Under the pieces are notes generated by a model. That model worked only from the letters and a program-made list of their open reading frames with translations. It ran no database searches and had not been told where the DNA came from. Shown one piece after another: positions 62,871-64,000 of a stretch of DNA of 64,000 bases; positions within the stretch are counted from its first letter, which is position 1; every line of letters starts with the position of its first letter. The translations under genes and the position numbers were made by a program. The DNA is from Octopus sinensis (lineage: Eukaryota), in assembly GCF_006345805.1 (NCBI RefSeq), contig NC_043008.1, positions 57,164,001 through 57,228,000 of the forward strand, in the 5' to 3' direction.

Positions 62871-64000
62871 TGTATGTATGTATGTATGTATGCATGCATT
62901 CAGTATGTGTAAGAGAGCATGTGTATGTATGTATGTATATGTGTACATGCATGAGTGTGTATAGCAACATGTACAGAGACTGAACCTCCACAGCAGAATG
63001 ATACTGGAGAGGTCGCGTCCCTTGTTGATTTCAATACCGTTTAATTAATTCCATATTCAACAAAAAATAATCAATTCTTCTTAGAAGTAATTTCTAATTA
63101 ATCCAAATTTTTACCGATGACAAACAAAAGGAATTATGGATTGTTGTTCTTTTTTTTCTCCTCAATATGCGCTTTTACTTCAACTGTTTTTAATCCGCCA
63201 TAAATTGCATTTTTTTTGTTTTCTATCTGTGTCTCTATATTATTTGTGTTCTATATTCTATTGTATTTTATATTTGCCCAAATGTTAGCTACGTTTCTCT
63301 TGTGCTTAATTCCCAGTGGAATAAAATAACTTTTATTTTGACAATTTTATTTTGTTACAATTATTTCTGCTGAGTGGTTCCAGTTGAAGTCTCGCATAAC
63401 TCCCAAAAGATTTGACATCGTTACTGTTAATTCTTTATTTTCCTTCTGTTTTTTTTTCTTCTTTTTTTGCTATAAATTAAAATTAAACAGAGTAGGATGA
63501 AGAGCAAAACAATAATAATAATAATGATGGAAACAATTTCGCTGCTAAATCGGATTCAGTGAAATATAATAATGTCGAGAGCAGCATGAATAAAAAATGC
63601 TTCAATATTTAATACAACAATAATTATATTCGTGTATTCATTTGCCATAGGGGCGATCAATGAGAGGACATTACTTGTCCAAAATAGTAAAACAGTGGGC
63701 GCTGTACCTAGAATCGATTACGAAAAATCAGGCATGGAACACAATTGTTTTTACTTTTTTAAGAATAGCCCCATGGTAAACATTTTGGGAGGAAGGCAAG
63801 AGTTGATTTAATCGAAGTCAGTTTTTGATGCAAACTATTTTGTCCACTCTGGAGATAATGAAAGACAAATTCTACCCCATGTAGCACTTATTATAACATA
63901 TAAGGATGTCACCGATTACCACAAGGTATTGTTTTCCTCGATTCATCGTGATTCTACAATCTACAGGACGTATAATAATTCTTTGTAATTTCGGAGCAAA

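Overview
AT-rich eukaryotic genomic DNA. The repeat complement (tRNA-derived SINEs with CORE-, Nin/Deu- and V-like domains, dense microsatellites, AAT-targeted R4/Dong LINEs) points to a cephalopod, most likely Octopus; this is inference, not a database result. No host protein-coding gene can be called with confidence, and most ORFs in the track are microsatellite artefacts. Recognisable coding relics are a near-complete CR1-group LINE (23.2-26.9 kb, minus; CCCH-finger ORF1, EN+RT ORF2 with one frameshift and one nonsense codon), about eight R4/Dong LINE fragments nested in (AAT)n, a decayed Penelope-like GIY-YIG ORF, an internally deleted Helitron plus three short Helitrons sharing its ends, and four Tc1/mariner relics. 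The most notable observations are: (1) three unrelated repeat families carrying minimal hammerhead-ribozyme motifs, including an apparently intact back-to-back pair at 52.3-52.5 kb with a U3:A8 compensated core; (2) a LINE-SINE shared 3' hairpin with compensatory substitutions; (3) a roughly 550-bp non-coding AAT-inserting element with no Pol III head; (4) a Helitron insertion next to its own empty paralogous site; (5) a perfect 176-bp spacerless palindrome; (6) weakly supported minus-strand exons that splice in frame. There is a 100-N assembly gap at 6690-6789. Boundaries were read by eye and may be off by a few bases for decayed elements.
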